A DNA stretch of 64,000 nucleotides from the human T2T-CHM13v2.0 reference genome, Homo sapiens, in NCBI RefSeq assembly GCF_009914755.1, contig NC_060928.1. One strand, given 5' to 3'. The first letter of the stretch is position 1; each line of letters starts with the position of its first letter. Made by a program: the position numbers and the translations under genes. The notes under the pieces were generated by a model. That model was given only the letters and a program-made list of their open reading frames with translations. It was not told where the DNA came from and did no database searches. This document shows, piece by piece, positions 1 to 21,189 of the stretch.

Positions 1-2600
1 GATGAATTCACAGCTGAATTTTATTAGACATTCAAAGAAAAATTGATACCATTCCTATTGACAGGATTCCAAAAGATAGAGAAACAGGGAATCCTCCCTA
101 AATCATTCTATGAAACCAGTATTACCCTAATACTGAAACCAGAAAAAAACGTAACAAAAACAGAAAATTTCAGGCCAATATCTCTGATGCGCATAGATGC
201 AAAAATCTTCAACAAAATACTAGCTAACTGAATCCAACAGCTTATCAAAAAGATAATCCACAATGACCAAGTGGGTTTCATACCATGGATGCAGAGAGGG
301 TTTAACATCCACAAGTCAATAAATGTGACATACAACATAAACAGATTTAAAAACAAAAATCACATGATCATCACAATAAATGCAGAAAAATCAGGTGGAA
401 AAATCCAGCATCCCTTTATGATTAAAATCCTCATCAGAATCAGCATAGAAGGGACATACCTTAGGGTAATAAAAGCCATCTATGACAAACTCACATCCAA
501 CATTATACTGAATGGGGAAAAATTGAAAGCATTCCCCCTGATAAGTGGTACAAGACAAGGATGCCCACTTTCACCACCTCTATTCCACATAATACTAGAA
601 GTTCTAGCCAGAGCAGACAACAGAGAGAAATAAAAGGCATCCAAACTGGTAAGCAGGAAGTCAAACTGTCACTGTTTGCTGATGGCATGATTGTATACCT
701 AGAAAACCCTAACGACTCATCCAAAAAGCTCCTAGAACTGGTAAATGAATTCAGCAAAGTTTCAGGATACAAAATTAATGTACATAAATCAGTAGCCCCG
801 CTATACACCAACAGCAATGAAGCTGAGAATCAAATCAATAACTCAATCCCTTTTACTGCAAAAGAAATAAAATACTCAGGAAATACATAACCAAGGAGGG
901 AAAAGAGCTCTACAAGGAAAGCTACAATACACTGCTGGAAGAAATCATAGACAACATAAAAAAATGGAAACATATCCTATGTCATGGATGAGTAAAATCA
1001 ATATTGTGAAAATGACCATACTGCAAAAAGCAATCTACAAAATTCCATGCAATTCCCATCAAAATACCACCATCCTTCTTCACAGAACTAGAAAAAAAAA
1101 TTGTTTAAAACCAATAAAGCGCCCACATAGACAAAGCAAGACTAAGTAAAAAGAACAGATCTGAAAGCATCACATTACCCAACTTCAAACCATATAATAA
1201 GGCCATAGTCACCAAAACAGCATGGTACTTGTATGAAAATACACACATAGACCAATGAAACAGAATAGAGAACCCAGAAATAAAGTCAAATACTTACAGT
1301 AAATGGATCTTTGACAAAGCAAACAAAAATATAAAGTGGGGGAAAGGACATCCTCTGCAACAGATGGTGCTGGGATAACTGGCAAGCCACATGTAGAAGA
1401 ATGAAACTGGATCCTCATCTCTCACCTTATACAAAAATCAATTCAAGATGGATCAAAGACTTAAGTCTAAGACCTGAAACAGTAAAAATTCTCGAAGATA
1501 ACATTGGAAAAACCTTTCTAGACACTGGCTTAGGCAAAAACTTCCATGACCAAGTACCCAAAAGTAAATGCAACAGAAATGAAGATAAATAGATGGAACT
1601 TAATTAAACTAAAAAGATTCTGCACAGCAAAAGAAATAATCAGCAGAGTAAACAGGCAAGTCACAGAGTGAGAGAAAATCTTCACAAACTATACATCCAA
1701 CAGAGGACTAATACCCAGAATCTACAAGAAACTCAAACAAATTAGCAAGATAAAAACAACCAATCCCATCAAAAAGTAGGCCAAGGCAATGAAGAGACAG
1801 TTCTCAAAAGAAGATATAAAAATGGCCAACAAATGAAAAAATGCTCAACATCACTAATTACCAGGGAAATGCAGAGCAAAACCACAATGCAATACCACCT
1901 TACTCTTGCAAGAATGGCCATAATCAAAAATTCAAAAAATAATAGATGTTGGCAAAAATGTGGTCAAAAAGGAACACTTTTACATTGTTGGTGGTAATGT
2001 AAACTAGTACAACCACTATGGAAAACAGTGTGGAGATTCCTTAAAGAACTGAAAGTAGACCTACCATTTGATCCAGTAATCCCATTACTGAGTATCTACT
2101 CCAAGGAAAAGAAGTCATTATACAAAAAAGATACTTGCATACCCATGTTTATAGCAACACAATTTGCAATTGCAAAAATATGCGACCACCCCAAATGCCC
2201 ATCAATCAATGAGTAGATAAAGAAAATGTAGTATATATATCCCATGGAATACTACTCAATAAAACCAAACAAAATAATGGCATTTGGAGCAACCTGGATG
2301 AAACTGGAGAGCATCATTCTAAGTGAAGTAACTCAGGAAGGATCCAAACATCGTATATCCTCACTCGTAAGTGGGAGCTAAGCTATGTGGGTGCAAAGGC
2401 ATAAGAATGACACAATGGACTTGGGAAAGGATGGAGTTGGGTGAGGGATAAAAGACTACACATTGGCTACAGCATACATTGCTCAGGTGATGGGTGCACC
2501 AAAATCTCAAAAATCACCACTAAAGGACTTATTCATGTAACCAAACACCACCTGTTTCCCAAAAACCTATTAAAATAAAATAAAATAAATAAATAAATAA
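1..2600 (+). mobile_element. LINE-1 (L1PB-like), 3' part: degraded ORF2 RT/C-terminal region, 3' UTR and A-rich tail; 5' part lies outside the window
   Basis: Fragmented ORFs carry ORF2p motifs ([32 protein letters not shown]). 3' UTR 'GAGGGATAAAAGACTACACATTGG...CACCACCTGTTTCCCAAAAACCTATT' is L1PB-type and is followed by a (TAAAA)n/(TAAA)n tail. Confidence 0.9.
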
Positions 2601-2719
2601 TTTTTTTAAAAAAAGAGGGAGAGAAATAGACACTGTCAAAAGAGTATGGAATAGCTAAGTAAGATGGGCAAAGTTGGTACCTCCATCCTGCCATTTAGTG
2701 GTAACAGGTCCCTCTGGCA

Positions 2720-3088
2720 CAGGAGTCCCTGGTACTGGTTGGTGGTCTGAGGGTTGGGGACCCCCACACTAGAGGTTCCATGGCCTGTTAGGAACCTGGC
2801 CAGACAGCAGGAAGTGAGAAACAGACCAGCAAGCATTACCACCTGAGCTCTGCCTCCTGTCAGATCAGTGGCAACATTAGATTCTCATAGAAGCATGAAC
2901 CCTGTTGTGAACTGCACATGAGAGGGATCTAGGTTATACACTCCTTGTGAGATTCTAATGCCTCCTGATGATCTAAAGTGGAACAGTTTCATCCCCAGAC
3001 CTTCCCACCCCAGCCCACTCTCTATCCATGGAAGAACTGTCTTCCAAGAAACTGATCCCTGGTGCCAAAAAGGTTGTGGAGACCATTG
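2720..3088 (+). mobile_element. MER1B hAT-Charlie DNA transposon with a rearranged 5' end
   Basis: Body matches MER1B ('TGGCCTGTTAGGAACC...CATTAGATTCTCATAG...GGTGCCAAAAAGGTTG'). 8-bp hAT-type TSD: CTCTGGCA (2712-2719) and CTGTAGCA (3089-3096). Confidence 0.88.
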
Positions 3089-3149
3089 CTGTAGCAGGTT
3101 ATTCAACTACTCTACATCTGACTTCTATTCATTTCACAGAAGGCTTTCC

Positions 3150-3290
3150 TACTCATTACATCATTTACTTCTGAGGGAGAGCTGTGAGACAAATAGCTTT
3201 CTCTCTGTTTTACAGATGAGGAAACTGAGGCCCAAACAGATTAAATGATTTGCACATAGTCAAATAGCTCTGAAAGGAGAGAGCTAGGAC
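3150..3290 (-). mobile_element. MIR SINE fragment
   Basis: Antisense MIR core 'TTTTACAGATGAGGAAACTGAGGC...TTAAATGATTTGC'. Confidence 0.75.
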
Positions 3291-3731
3291 ATATTCCATA
3301 TTCCATATGGTGGTGTACACATAGTGTATTAAGAAATTCAGGGTGGTGATTGGCTCTTCCACTCACCCCAGGACAGATAAACTAAATATAGAAAAATCTT
3401 CACATGGCAACTAAAGGATGCACACGCCCATTTCCTTCATATGAAAAACAAATTTAAATAACAACAATAAAAATAAAACAACAATGGTCAAAAACCTGGA
3501 AACAGATGGTGGAGCCATCACCTCAGTGATATTATGATAGCCCACAGCAAGGAAAACATAAAGTTTAGGAGCTAAGAATAACCTTAGATAACTACTAACT
3601 CAACTACGTTCACTTTATAGTTGAAGGAAATACTGGCAAAATTCCAAGTGGCTTTGCCTGGTTCCAGAGTGAGATAGAATGAGTTAGTGTGAGAACCAAA
3701 GTGTCTCCTCTGCTTGTTCTAGTTTGAGCAG

Positions 3732-4034
3732 TTTTTATTTATTTATTTATTTTTGACAGGGTCTTGCTCTGTCAGCCAGGCTGGAATGTAGTGGTGCAAT
3801 CTTGACTCACTATAGCCTCGGCTCCAGCAGTTCTTCTGCCTCAGCCTCCTGAGTAGCTGGGACCACAGGTTTGCACCACCACATCTGGTTATTTTATCAT
3901 TATTATTATTATTATTTGTAGAGACAAGGTCTCATTATGTTGCCCATGCTGGTCTTGAACTCCTGAGCCCAAGTAATCCTCCTGCCTTGGCCTTCTAAAA
4001 TGCTGGGATTAGAGGTGTGAGCCACTGAGGCTGG
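3732..4034 (-). mobile_element. AluJ
   Basis: Reverse-oriented dimeric Alu with T-rich tail and J-type features (GACAGGGTCTTGCTCTG, CTCCTGAGCCCAAGTAATCCTCC). Confidence 0.9.
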
Positions 4035-4194
4035 TAGAGCTTCTTGACAACAGGAATCAATTATTTGTATTTAAATACTTCTGGAGGAAGGAGCAAGGGA
4101 GAATAAGAGAGAGAAGTAAGAGAGGAAGGAACTAAAACCAATTTCTCACAATTTTTATTCTTGTATCTTTTTTATGACATAATAAATAAGACTA

Positions 4195-4580
4195 TGTATT
4201 AGTCTGTTTTCACATTGCTATAAAGAATGGCCTGACACTGGTTGATCTATAAAGGACAGAGGTCCAATTGGCTCACAGTTCAGCATGGCTGGGGAGGCCC
4301 CAGGAAACTTACAATCATGACAGAAGGCAAAGGAGAAGCAACACACTTTCTTCAAAGGTGACAGGAATGAGAATGAACACAGGAAGAACTTACCAAACAC
4401 TTATAAAACCATCATATCTCATGAGAACTCACTCATATCAAGAGAAAAGCATGAGGGAACTATCCCCATGATTCAACCACCTCCACCTGGTCTCTCCCTT
4501 GACATGTGGGGATTATGGGAATTATGGGGATTACAATTCAAGATGATATTTGGGTGGGGATGCAAAGCCTAACCATATCA
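4195..4580 (-). repeat. THE1D-type 3' LTR
   Basis: TGTATTAGTC...AACCATATCA is the reverse complement of a TG...CA-bounded THE1 LTR. Confidence 0.9.
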
Positions 4581-5703
4581 TTCTGCCTCTGGCCCCTCCC
4601 AAATCCCATGTCCCTTTCACATTTAAAAACCAATCATTCCTTCAATTCCCTGAAGTCTGAATTTTTTCTAGCATTAACCCAAAGCCCAAGTCCAAAGTCT
4701 CATCTGAAACAAGGCAAGTCCCTTCTGCCTATAGGCCTGTAAAATCAAAGCAAATTAGTTACTTCCTAGATACAGAGGGGGTGCAAGCATTGGGTAAATA
4801 CTCCCATTCTCCAAATGGGAGAAATTGGACTACAGGCCCCATGCAAGTCTGATATCCAGCAAGACAGTCATTAAATCTTAAAACTCTGAAATGATCTCCT
4901 TTGACTCCATTTCTTGCATCTAGGTTACACTGATGCCAGAGGTGGGTTCCTATGGCCTAGGGCAGCTCCGCCCCTGTGGCTTTGCAGGGTACAACCCCCT
5001 TAGCTGCTTTCATGGGCTGGCATTGACTCTCTGTGGTTTTTCCAGGTGCACAATGCAAGCTGTCAGTGAATCCACCATTCTGGGGTCTAGAGGGTGATGG
5101 CCCTCCTCCCACAGCTCCACTAGGCAGTTTCCCAGTGGGGGCTCTGTATGGGGGCTCCCAGCCACATTTTTTTCTGGACTTCCCTAGCAGAGGTTCTCCA
5201 TGAAGGCTACACCCTTGCAGCAAACCTCTGCCTGGACATCCAGGCCTTTTGATACATCCTCTGATATGTAGGCAGAGGTTCTAAAACCTCAGTTCTTGAC
5301 TTTTGTGCACCCACAGGCCCAACACCACTTGGAAGCCACCAAGGCTTTGGGCTTACACCCTCTGAAGCAACAGCCTGAGCTGTAGGTTGGCCCCTCCTAG
5401 CCATTTCTGGGATGCAGGGCACCAAGTCCTGAGACTACACAAAGCAGCAAAGCCCTGAACCTGGCCCAGGAAACCATTTCTTTCTCCTAGGTCTCCATTC
5501 CTGTGATGGGAGGGTCTACCATGAAGACCCTGATATGCCCTGGAGACATTTTCCTCATTTCCTCAGTGATTAACATTTGATTTCTTGTTACTTATGCAAA
5601 TTTCTGCAGCTGGCTTGAAATTCCCCTCAGAAAATGGGCTTTTTATTTCTATCACATTCTCAAGCTGCAAATTTTCTAAAGTTTTATGATCGGCTTCCTT
5701 TTA

Positions 5704-9645
<3,942 letters not shown>

Positions 9646-10071
9646 AAACTAAATGCTTTTAAGAGCACTCACATCATTTCTTGAACACTTTGCTGCTTAG
9701 AAATTTCTCCCACTCATACCCTAAATAATCTCTTTCAAGTTCAAAGTTCCACAGATCTCTAGGGCAGGGACAAAATGCCTCCTGTCTCTACTAAAGCATA
9801 GCAAGAGTAACCTTTATTCCAGTTCCCAACAAGTTCCTCATCTTCATCTGAGACCACCTCAACCTGGATTTCATTGCTCATATCACCATCAGCATTTTGG
9901 CCAAAGCCATTCAGCAAGTCTCTAGAAAATTCCAGACCTTCCCACATCTTCCTGTCTTCTTCTGAGCCCTCCAAAGTGTTCCAGCCTCTGTCTGTTACCC
10001 AGTTCAAAAGTCACTTCCACATTTTCAGGTATTCTTATAGCAGTACCCCAGTCTCTATGGTACCAATTTAC

Positions 10072-10459
10072 TGAATTAATTCATTTTCCCACTGCTATAA
10101 AGAACTGCCCGAGCCTGGATAATTTATAAAGGAACGAGGTTTAATTGACTCACAGTTTCACATGGCTGGGGAGGCCCCAGGAAATTTCAATTATGGTGGA
10201 AGGCAAAGGGGAAGCAAGGCACCTTCTTCATAAGGTGGCAGGAAGAAGAATGAACATACAGGAGGAACTACCAAACACTTATAAAACCATCAGATCTTAT
10301 AAAACTCACTCACTATCATGAGAACAACATGGCGGAAACTGCCCCCATGATTCAACCACCTCCACCTGGTCTCTCCCTTGAGATGTGGGGATTATAGGGA
10401 TTATAAGGATTATAATTCAAGATGATATTTGGGTGGGCACACAAAACCTAACCATATCA
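10072..10459 (-). repeat. THE1D-type 5' LTR
   Basis: Homologous to 4195-4580. The adjacent internal start reads GTAAATTGGTACC on the minus strand, as in THE1-int. Confidence 0.9.
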
Positions 10460-10569
10460 GACCATAATCAGAGTGAACTGAAACACTTTTGCAAAGATGG
10501 GATTTCAATTTTAAGATGTATTATCCAAGCTGTGGCCAAGCTTTCTTCTTTCTAACACTTAAACTTGAG

Positions 10570-11965
<1,396 letters not shown>

Positions 11966-13898
11966 TCAAGAATTTCTGTTTCTTGAATAATAAAGTAGAC
12001 ATACTTTCCCCGTTCCTTTTACAAAGTACAACTAAGAACCTTGTACATGACAAATGAAAGAAATGTAAGAACTCTGAAAGATGAAAAGAAGTCAGGCTGG
12101 TTGGGGACATCAGGACCCCAAAAATGATCCAGACTTTGACAATTGATCATTCAGCAATAAGGAATCCACCCCAATCAAGGAGTCACCAGAGACCACCGGG
12201 TAGCTACAATTCCTACTCCTGTTCATCAGGCAGAAGAGGACTACCATCTATTGGGTATGAACAGAGGCCAAGTGGGGACCTGAACTTCTATTTCCATATG
12301 TGTGAAGTCATAAAGAGGTGGCAGCACCCTTCTCCTGCCACAGTACTATCCAAAAAAGTCAATTAAAACAGAAGGTTACAATTAGATGCCGTGCCTCACA
12401 ACATAATATGGAAATATCTAGGTTTCAGTAGAAAATCACTCATCATATGAAGAACCAGAAAATCTCAACCTGAATGAAAGGACAATTAATAGATGCCAAC
12501 ACCAGGATGGCACGGGAGTTACAAATGTCTGACAAAGTTCCAAAAGGAGAGAAGAAAAAAGGTAGGGCTGAAATAGTACTTGAAGAAATAATGACTGGAA
12601 ATTCCCAAAGTTAGCCAGAAATGTAAACCTAGAGATTTAAGAAGCTGAGTGAATCTCAAACAGGACAAACTCAAGAAAATCCACACCAAGGCACATCTGA
12701 AAACTAAACACAAAGAAAAAAATCTTCAAAGCAGCGAGAGAGAAATAACTGCTTACTATAGGAAAAAAAGAAAAAAACAGAATGACAGCAGATTTCTCAT
12801 CAGACACCATGAAGAACAGAAGGAAGCAGCATAATACTTCTCACAAGCTGAGAGAAAAGAACTGGCAAACGAATCACACCCAGGAAAAATATGCATCAGA
12901 AATGAAGAGGAAATCAATACATCATCAAATGAAGGGAAAGTAAGAGCATTTGTCCCTACCAGACCTATCCTAAAAGAATGGCTAAAGGAAGTGCTCTAAA
13001 CATAAAGGAAATGCTAAAGAAGAAACCTTGGAACATCAGGAAAGAAGAACACAGTAAACAAAAATGTGAGCGAATACAACAAGCTTTGTTTCTTCTTGAC
13101 TGAAGCAAAAATTATAACACCAGTTGATATGTTTCTAAACATATGTAGAGGAAATATTTAATGCAGTTATATTATAAATGAAAGAAGAGAAAGGAACATA
13201 AATGGACATAACTAATGGACATTTACTACACTTTATTGAAGCTCATAAAATAAAAACACCAGTAGGCTGTGCTTTTATATATGATATAATACTTAGAGCA
13301 GCCATTAAAAAGCTATACAAAGAGAAACACTCAGAAACACTATGGATAAATCAAAGTAGAATCGAATAAAACCTTTCAGTATCACACAGAAGACAGAATA
13401 AATAAAAACAAAACAAAACAAAAAAAAAGAAAGAACACACAGAAAACAAAAAATGGCAGAATTAAGGCCTGACAGATTAATAATTACATTAATATCAAAG
13501 GTCTAAATATATCAACTAAAAGGCATTGACTGAATTAAATGTTCTTTATAAGAAACTCACTTCAAATATAATGATATAGGCAGGTTTAAAGTAAAAGGAT
13601 AGAAAAAGATATTTTATGCAAACATCCATCAAAGTAAAGCAAGAGTGGCTATATCAGTATTAAACAAAGTAGACTTCAGAGAAAAAAGATTCCCAGAGCC
13701 AAAGGGCATTATATAATAATAAAAGGGTAAATCCATGAAGATGACATAACAATCTTAAGTGTCAATGCACCAAATAGCACAGTTGCAAAGTATGTGAAGC
13801 AAAAGCTGATAGAAAAAGGAAGCATAGATAAATCCACAATTATATTTGGAAACCTCAACATTACACTATCAACAACTGGTAGAACAACTATACAAAAA

Positions 13899-14197
<299 letters not shown>

Positions 14198-14504
14198 CTA
14201 TAGAGAAAATCAGCAAGGATATAGAGGAACTCAACAACACCATAAAACCATCAAAATATAATTGGCATTTAAAAAACAGAATATACATTATTTACAAAAG
14301 CCCATGCATAGAACATATACCAAAACAAACTATAACCTGAGAGATAAAACAAACCCCCAACAATTTAAAAGTATTGAAATAATACACAATGTATTGTCTG
14401 ACCACAAGGGAAACAAACTACAAATCAATAAAAGAAAGATAAGAGTAAAACCTCCAAATATTTGAAAACTAACACATGTCTAAATAAACCATGGAAATAC
14501 ATTC

Positions 14505-15850
<1,346 letters not shown>

Positions 15851-17339
15851 ATATTTATAATAACATTTAAAGAATTAACACCAACTGGGGAAAACCTCTT
15901 CCAGCAATAGAAAAGGAGGAACCACTTTCCAATTCATTTTATGAAGCTAATATTGCCTTGATACCAAAATAAGAAGAAGACATTTTTTAAAAACAAAAAG
16001 AAAACTGCAGACCAATATTTATCATCAGTATAGAGGCAAAAATCCTTATCAAAATGTTAGCAAAGAGAAGTAAGCAATATATAAAATGATTAAACACCAT
16101 ATTCAAATGAAGTTTATTTCAGAAATGCAAGGCTGGTTAAGTGGTTGAGAATCAATCAATATAATCCACCATATTAGCAGACTGAAGAAGAAAAATCACA
16201 TCAATTAATTCATAAGATGAATTTAACAAAGTTTAACACCAATTTATAATTTTTTAACTGTTATAATAACAGAAATACAGGGCAATTTCCTAAACTTGAT
16301 TTTTTAAAATCTACAAAACTCTATAGCTAACATGATATTTAATGGTGAAAAACTGAATTATTTACCTCTAGATCAAGAGCAAGATAAGGATTTCTGCTCT
16401 CAGCACTCCTATTCAGTATAGTGCTGGAAGTTCTAGTCAGTGCACTAAAACAAGAAAAATAAATAAACAGCATGTAAATTGGAGGGGAGACATAATGTAA
16501 AATAGTACAGTCACTCTGGAAAATGGCTTGACAGTTTTTAAAAAAACTGAACTTGCAAATACCGTAAGACCTAGCAACTGCATTCCTTGGTATTTACCCT
16601 AGAGAAATTGAGATTTATGCTTATAAAAACATCTGTAAACAAATGTTTGTGGCAAAATTATTAGCACCAGCCAAGAACTGGAAACAACCCAGTCCTTCAA
16701 GGAGTGACTCATTAAAGAAACTGTGGTACATCCATGTCATTGAATATCAGTGAACAATAAAAAGGAATGAACTGTTGATACATGTAGGAACAAGCTGGAC
16801 AAATCTCTAGAGAATTATTCCCAGTGAAAAAGTCAACCACAAAGGTTACACTCTGTATCTTTTCATTCATGTAACATTCTTGAAATGACAAAATTATAGA
16901 AATGGCAAACATATTAGAGTTATCAGGAGGGGAGTGAGGTGGGAGGGAAGTGGGTCTGTAAAAGAGCAGCATGAGGGATGTCTGTGGAGACGGAAATGTT
17001 CTATAGCTTGACTATCAATGTCTGTATCATAGTTGTGATTTTACAAGATTTTGCCTTTGAGATAAACAAGGAGAAGTGTATATGCAGTCTCTCTGTAGTA
17101 TTTTTCCCAATCACATATGTATCTACAATTATATCCCCCCAAAATTAATTAAAAATGATTTTTAAATGCAGTCATATACTTTTATTTATGGAAAATTAAA
17201 TACATCTGTATACCCATATGTGTAATCAGGTGGTCCAGATATATGCTCACCAAGCTGTTGACAGTAATTTTCCTTGGGTGTAGTATTTCAGGAGATTTTG
17301 CTATTTGTTTTTTTAAACTTTTAAATGTTATATGAGTAA

Positions 17340-17960
17340 TGTGCATAATGCATAAATATATTCTTACTGTAAAATAATATAAGTAGAAATTAAAAGCAAA
17401 ATATTCTGCCAGATAAAATCTCCTCCCAAGGATAATAATTATTAGCATTTTGGCTTATATCCTTCCAGTCCCAATTCTATAATTGCATACAATTTTGTAT
17501 TGTGTATATGTGAATATATACATCTTTTCAGAATCACTTACAATAAATAGAATTATAGCCAACCTTTGTAACTTCTTTATTCAAAAATATGACTTGATAA
17601 TATTTCTATGTCTGCAAATACTTATAACTACTTAATTTTTTAACCAGAGCATGGTTGTTCATAATTAACCTAATTCATTCCTATAGGATTGGATTATTTT
17701 CTATTTTTGACTGTTATAAATAATGCCACATAAGCATTCTTGCTAATTGTTTTGCAGATAGAGAAATACTTCTGTAGAATAGATGGTTAGAGATGAAATT
17801 TCTAGGGCAAAGGGGTTATTCATTTCAAAACTTGAAAGAAGCTACCAAATTGTCCACTAAAAAAGTAGACAAAAATATATACCTTCCAACTGTGTATGTA
17901 TTTGTTTCAAAACATACTAACACATAACACTATCAATCCAATTTTTATTTTAATTTTAAA
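17340..17960 (-). mobile_element. Degraded L1ME-type fragment
   Basis: Antisense 3'-region remnants ('GGATTATTTTCTATTTTTGACTGTTATAAATAATGC', 'CCAAATTGTCCACTAAAAA'). Confidence 0.5.
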
Positions 17961-18749
17961 ATTTTTAATCAAGAATATTCAAAGATAAACTACATTAAGA
18001 TATTTTTTCATACCCAATAAGACAAAAAAATTATTGGCTTCATTTTACTTTTCTCCTACCCTACTCAAACCACCCTGCCCTCTGCCAGCATCCATGTTAG
18101 AATCACCTGTAGTTTTAACTTTCAGATTGTTATTATTTTTTAACATATTCATCAATTATTTAGACTTAACAATTAGTTTTGCCAGCATCTTTGCTCTGTG
18201 GTGTTACTTGTGTCCTTTGCCATTTGCTTTTACTAGGATTCTCTCAAATAGGGAGGGGCAGTGAGTGGAATTGTCTTTGATACATCCAAAACTATTCTTA
18301 GCTTTCACTCTTGAATTCTACTTTGGCTGGGAATAGAATTCTAAGTTTATAATAATTTCATCTCATAATTCTGAAGACATTATTCCCTTGTTTACTGTAC
18401 TCAGTATTGCTTTAAAAAGTTTAATAGCAATCTGATTTTCATTTATTTGCATGTAAACTGTTGTTTATCTCTGCAAGCTTTTGGACATTTCTCTTTATCC
18501 TTGGAGATCTGAAATTTCACTGATGTCTAGCTGTGGCTCTCTTTTTATACCTCCTATTTAATACCACATGGTCTTTGAAACCTGGAGACTTACTGATTTC
18601 TTGAGCTCTAGTAAATGTTCTTTTCTCATTTAATTGATCATTTTCTCCCATTTGTTGTCTCCTTACATCCCCAGGGCATTACTATTTTGTAGCTATGGGT
18701 ATTCAGGAACTGCATTTTATTTATTTTAACTTTTTTTTCTCATACTTTC

Positions 18750-19265
18750 TGTAGTAGGCAGAATAAAGCCCAGCCCTTGCCCCCAAGGATAGTCACATAC
18801 CACTATCCAGAGACTGTAAATATGTTAACTTTACACAACAAAAGATATTTTGCAGGCATCACTAAGTTAAGGATCTTGAAATGGGAAGATTATCCAGGAT
18901 TATCTGGGTAGACCCAATGTAATCAAAAGGATTCTTATGAGAAGGCAGTAGGATATCAGGGTCAAAGGAGATGTGACAACAGAAGCAGAGATCAGAGAGA
19001 AAAGGGAGAAAAAGACTGGAAGATGCTTCATTGATGGATTCGAAGATAGAGGAAAGGGCCACAAGCCAAGGAATGCAGCTGGCCTCCAGAAGCTGGAAAA
19101 GGCAAGAAAACAGATTCTCTTCTAGAGTCTCCACAAGGAACAGAGCCCTGCCAACACCTTGACTTTAAGATTCTGACCTCTAAAACTGTAAGATAATAAA
19201 TTTGGGTTGTTTTAAGCCAGTAAATTTGTGGTAATTTGTTACAGCAGCAATAAGAAACTAATATA
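18750..19265 (+). mobile_element. MLT1D-like MaLR solo LTR
   Basis: TGTAGTAGGCAGAATAA...GGGAAGATTATCCAGGATTATCTGGG...AGCAATAAGAAACTAATA. 5-bp TSD CTTTC/ATTTC. Confidence 0.85.
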
Positions 19266-19453
19266 ATTTCAAATTAACCCCTTATAATTTTGCATTGCTT
19301 CCTATGTGAACGACTCTCTTCATCTTTCAGTATACTGATTTGATTTTCAGCTCTGTCCTTTCAGCTATTCAGCCTATCAATTGAAATGTCTTGTATTGGT
19401 TATGATGGTTACTTGCAAAAACTCCAACTACACTTTCCTCCCTTTAAAGAACT

Positions 19454-19705
<252 letters not shown>

Positions 19706-20207
19706 TTGTTTGTCTTTTAGGAATGCAATATCCATTCAAATCTGAGAATATCAGTTATCCCTATTATAAATTTTTTTTCCATTATCTTCACTTCCTGAAC
19801 ATTAGCCCTTCTGTTTTTGAGTTTGGCAGCTCTTTCCTTAAACACATGGTGATTCTTGACTGCTTGCTTAGTTGTATTTGAGAATCTTATTCATTTGAAT
19901 GATAGCCCTGGTAACTCTAGCCTGTTTCTGGTGATTGTAGGAGAAAAGCAATAAAAACAAAATTTGCAGAATGGCTACAGCTTACCATTCAAGTCTAGAA
20001 AATCCTTTCTATAGATCATCAAATGCTAACAAAAAAGACCAGTGCAGCATGAGTACTGACACTCAAAACAGATGCTAGCCAATATGCCATTGTTGCTGAG
20101 AAATCATGAGTTGCCTGACTCCTTCCTCTTTGGGAAGTTATACTTACACATATAACTTTGGGCAAATGCTAGAATGAATGTTTGTTTCCCTTTTTATTAG
20201 TTTTTTA

Positions 20208-20249
20208 GTGGTGTGTGTGGTGTGTGTGTGTGTGTATGTGTGTGTGTGT
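20208..20249. repeat. Imperfect (TG)n microsatellite
   Basis: Read directly from the sequence. Confidence 0.95.
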
Positions 20250-20488
20250 CTGCTTGTGCCTTTGGGTCTTCCTCTCCTGTTCTTATAGGCATCTGGAGGT
20301 ATTTTAGCATTTGCTTCTGTTGGGTGTCCTATTCTAAACCTATAGGTGTGAGTAAAGATATCTAAATTCAAGCTCTTAGCTTATGAAATTTTATTTGCTG
20401 CATCCTGCCCAAAATAGTATATGTAAGTATTTCATTGCATTAAAAAACATTTATATAACCCAGAAGCTTACGTTTTCATTAAAAAACA

Positions 20489-20844
20489 GGCACATATACA
20501 TCATGGAATACTATGCAGCCATAAAAAATGATGAGTTTATGTCCTTTGTAGGGACATGGATGAAGCTGGAAACCATCATTCTCAGCAAACTATCGCAAGG
20601 ACAAAAAACCAAACACTGCATGTTCTCACTCATAGGTGGGAATTGAACAATGAGAACACATGGACACGGGAAGGGGAACATCACACTTCAGGGCCTGTTG
20701 TGGGGTGGGGGGAGGGGGGAGGGATAGCATTAGGAGTTATACCTAATGTTAAATGGCGAGTTAATGGGTGCAGCATATAATAAAAAAAGAAAAGAAAATT
20801 AAATTGAACCAGACTTTGATAAAAACAAAAACAAACAAACAAAA
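20489..20844 (+). mobile_element. Short 5'-truncated L1PA4-like 3' end with two A-tails
   Basis: ORF2 C-terminus (KTKHCMFSLIGGN) and 3' UTR. 21-bp TSD ATTTATATAAC(C/A)CAGAAG(C/T)TT at 20449-20469 and 20845-20865. Confidence 0.9.
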
Positions 20845-21189
20845 ATTTATATAACACAGAAGTTTGTCCTGAAGATTTACCATTGTTCCCAATTTCAAAA
20901 GAAAATCCCTAGCAGCTCAAGAAGTACTTCTCTGGCCCAACAGATTCAAGGAGAAACAGAAGAGTGAAAGAGGCCCTTGACAAAACATATGTGAGAGAAA
21001 TATATTCAGACGTATTCCACAGAGTCACTTTTAAAAACAGTCTGATGTCAACTTTAAATGTAAAGACGTCACTAATAAGTTCTAAAATAAAAAAAAATCT
21101 TTTGTTCTACAATAATACAGAAGGAATGTATCACTAATACGTATCATTAAATCACAGTATCTGATTTGAGGCAAGTCCCAAAAGTCCAG

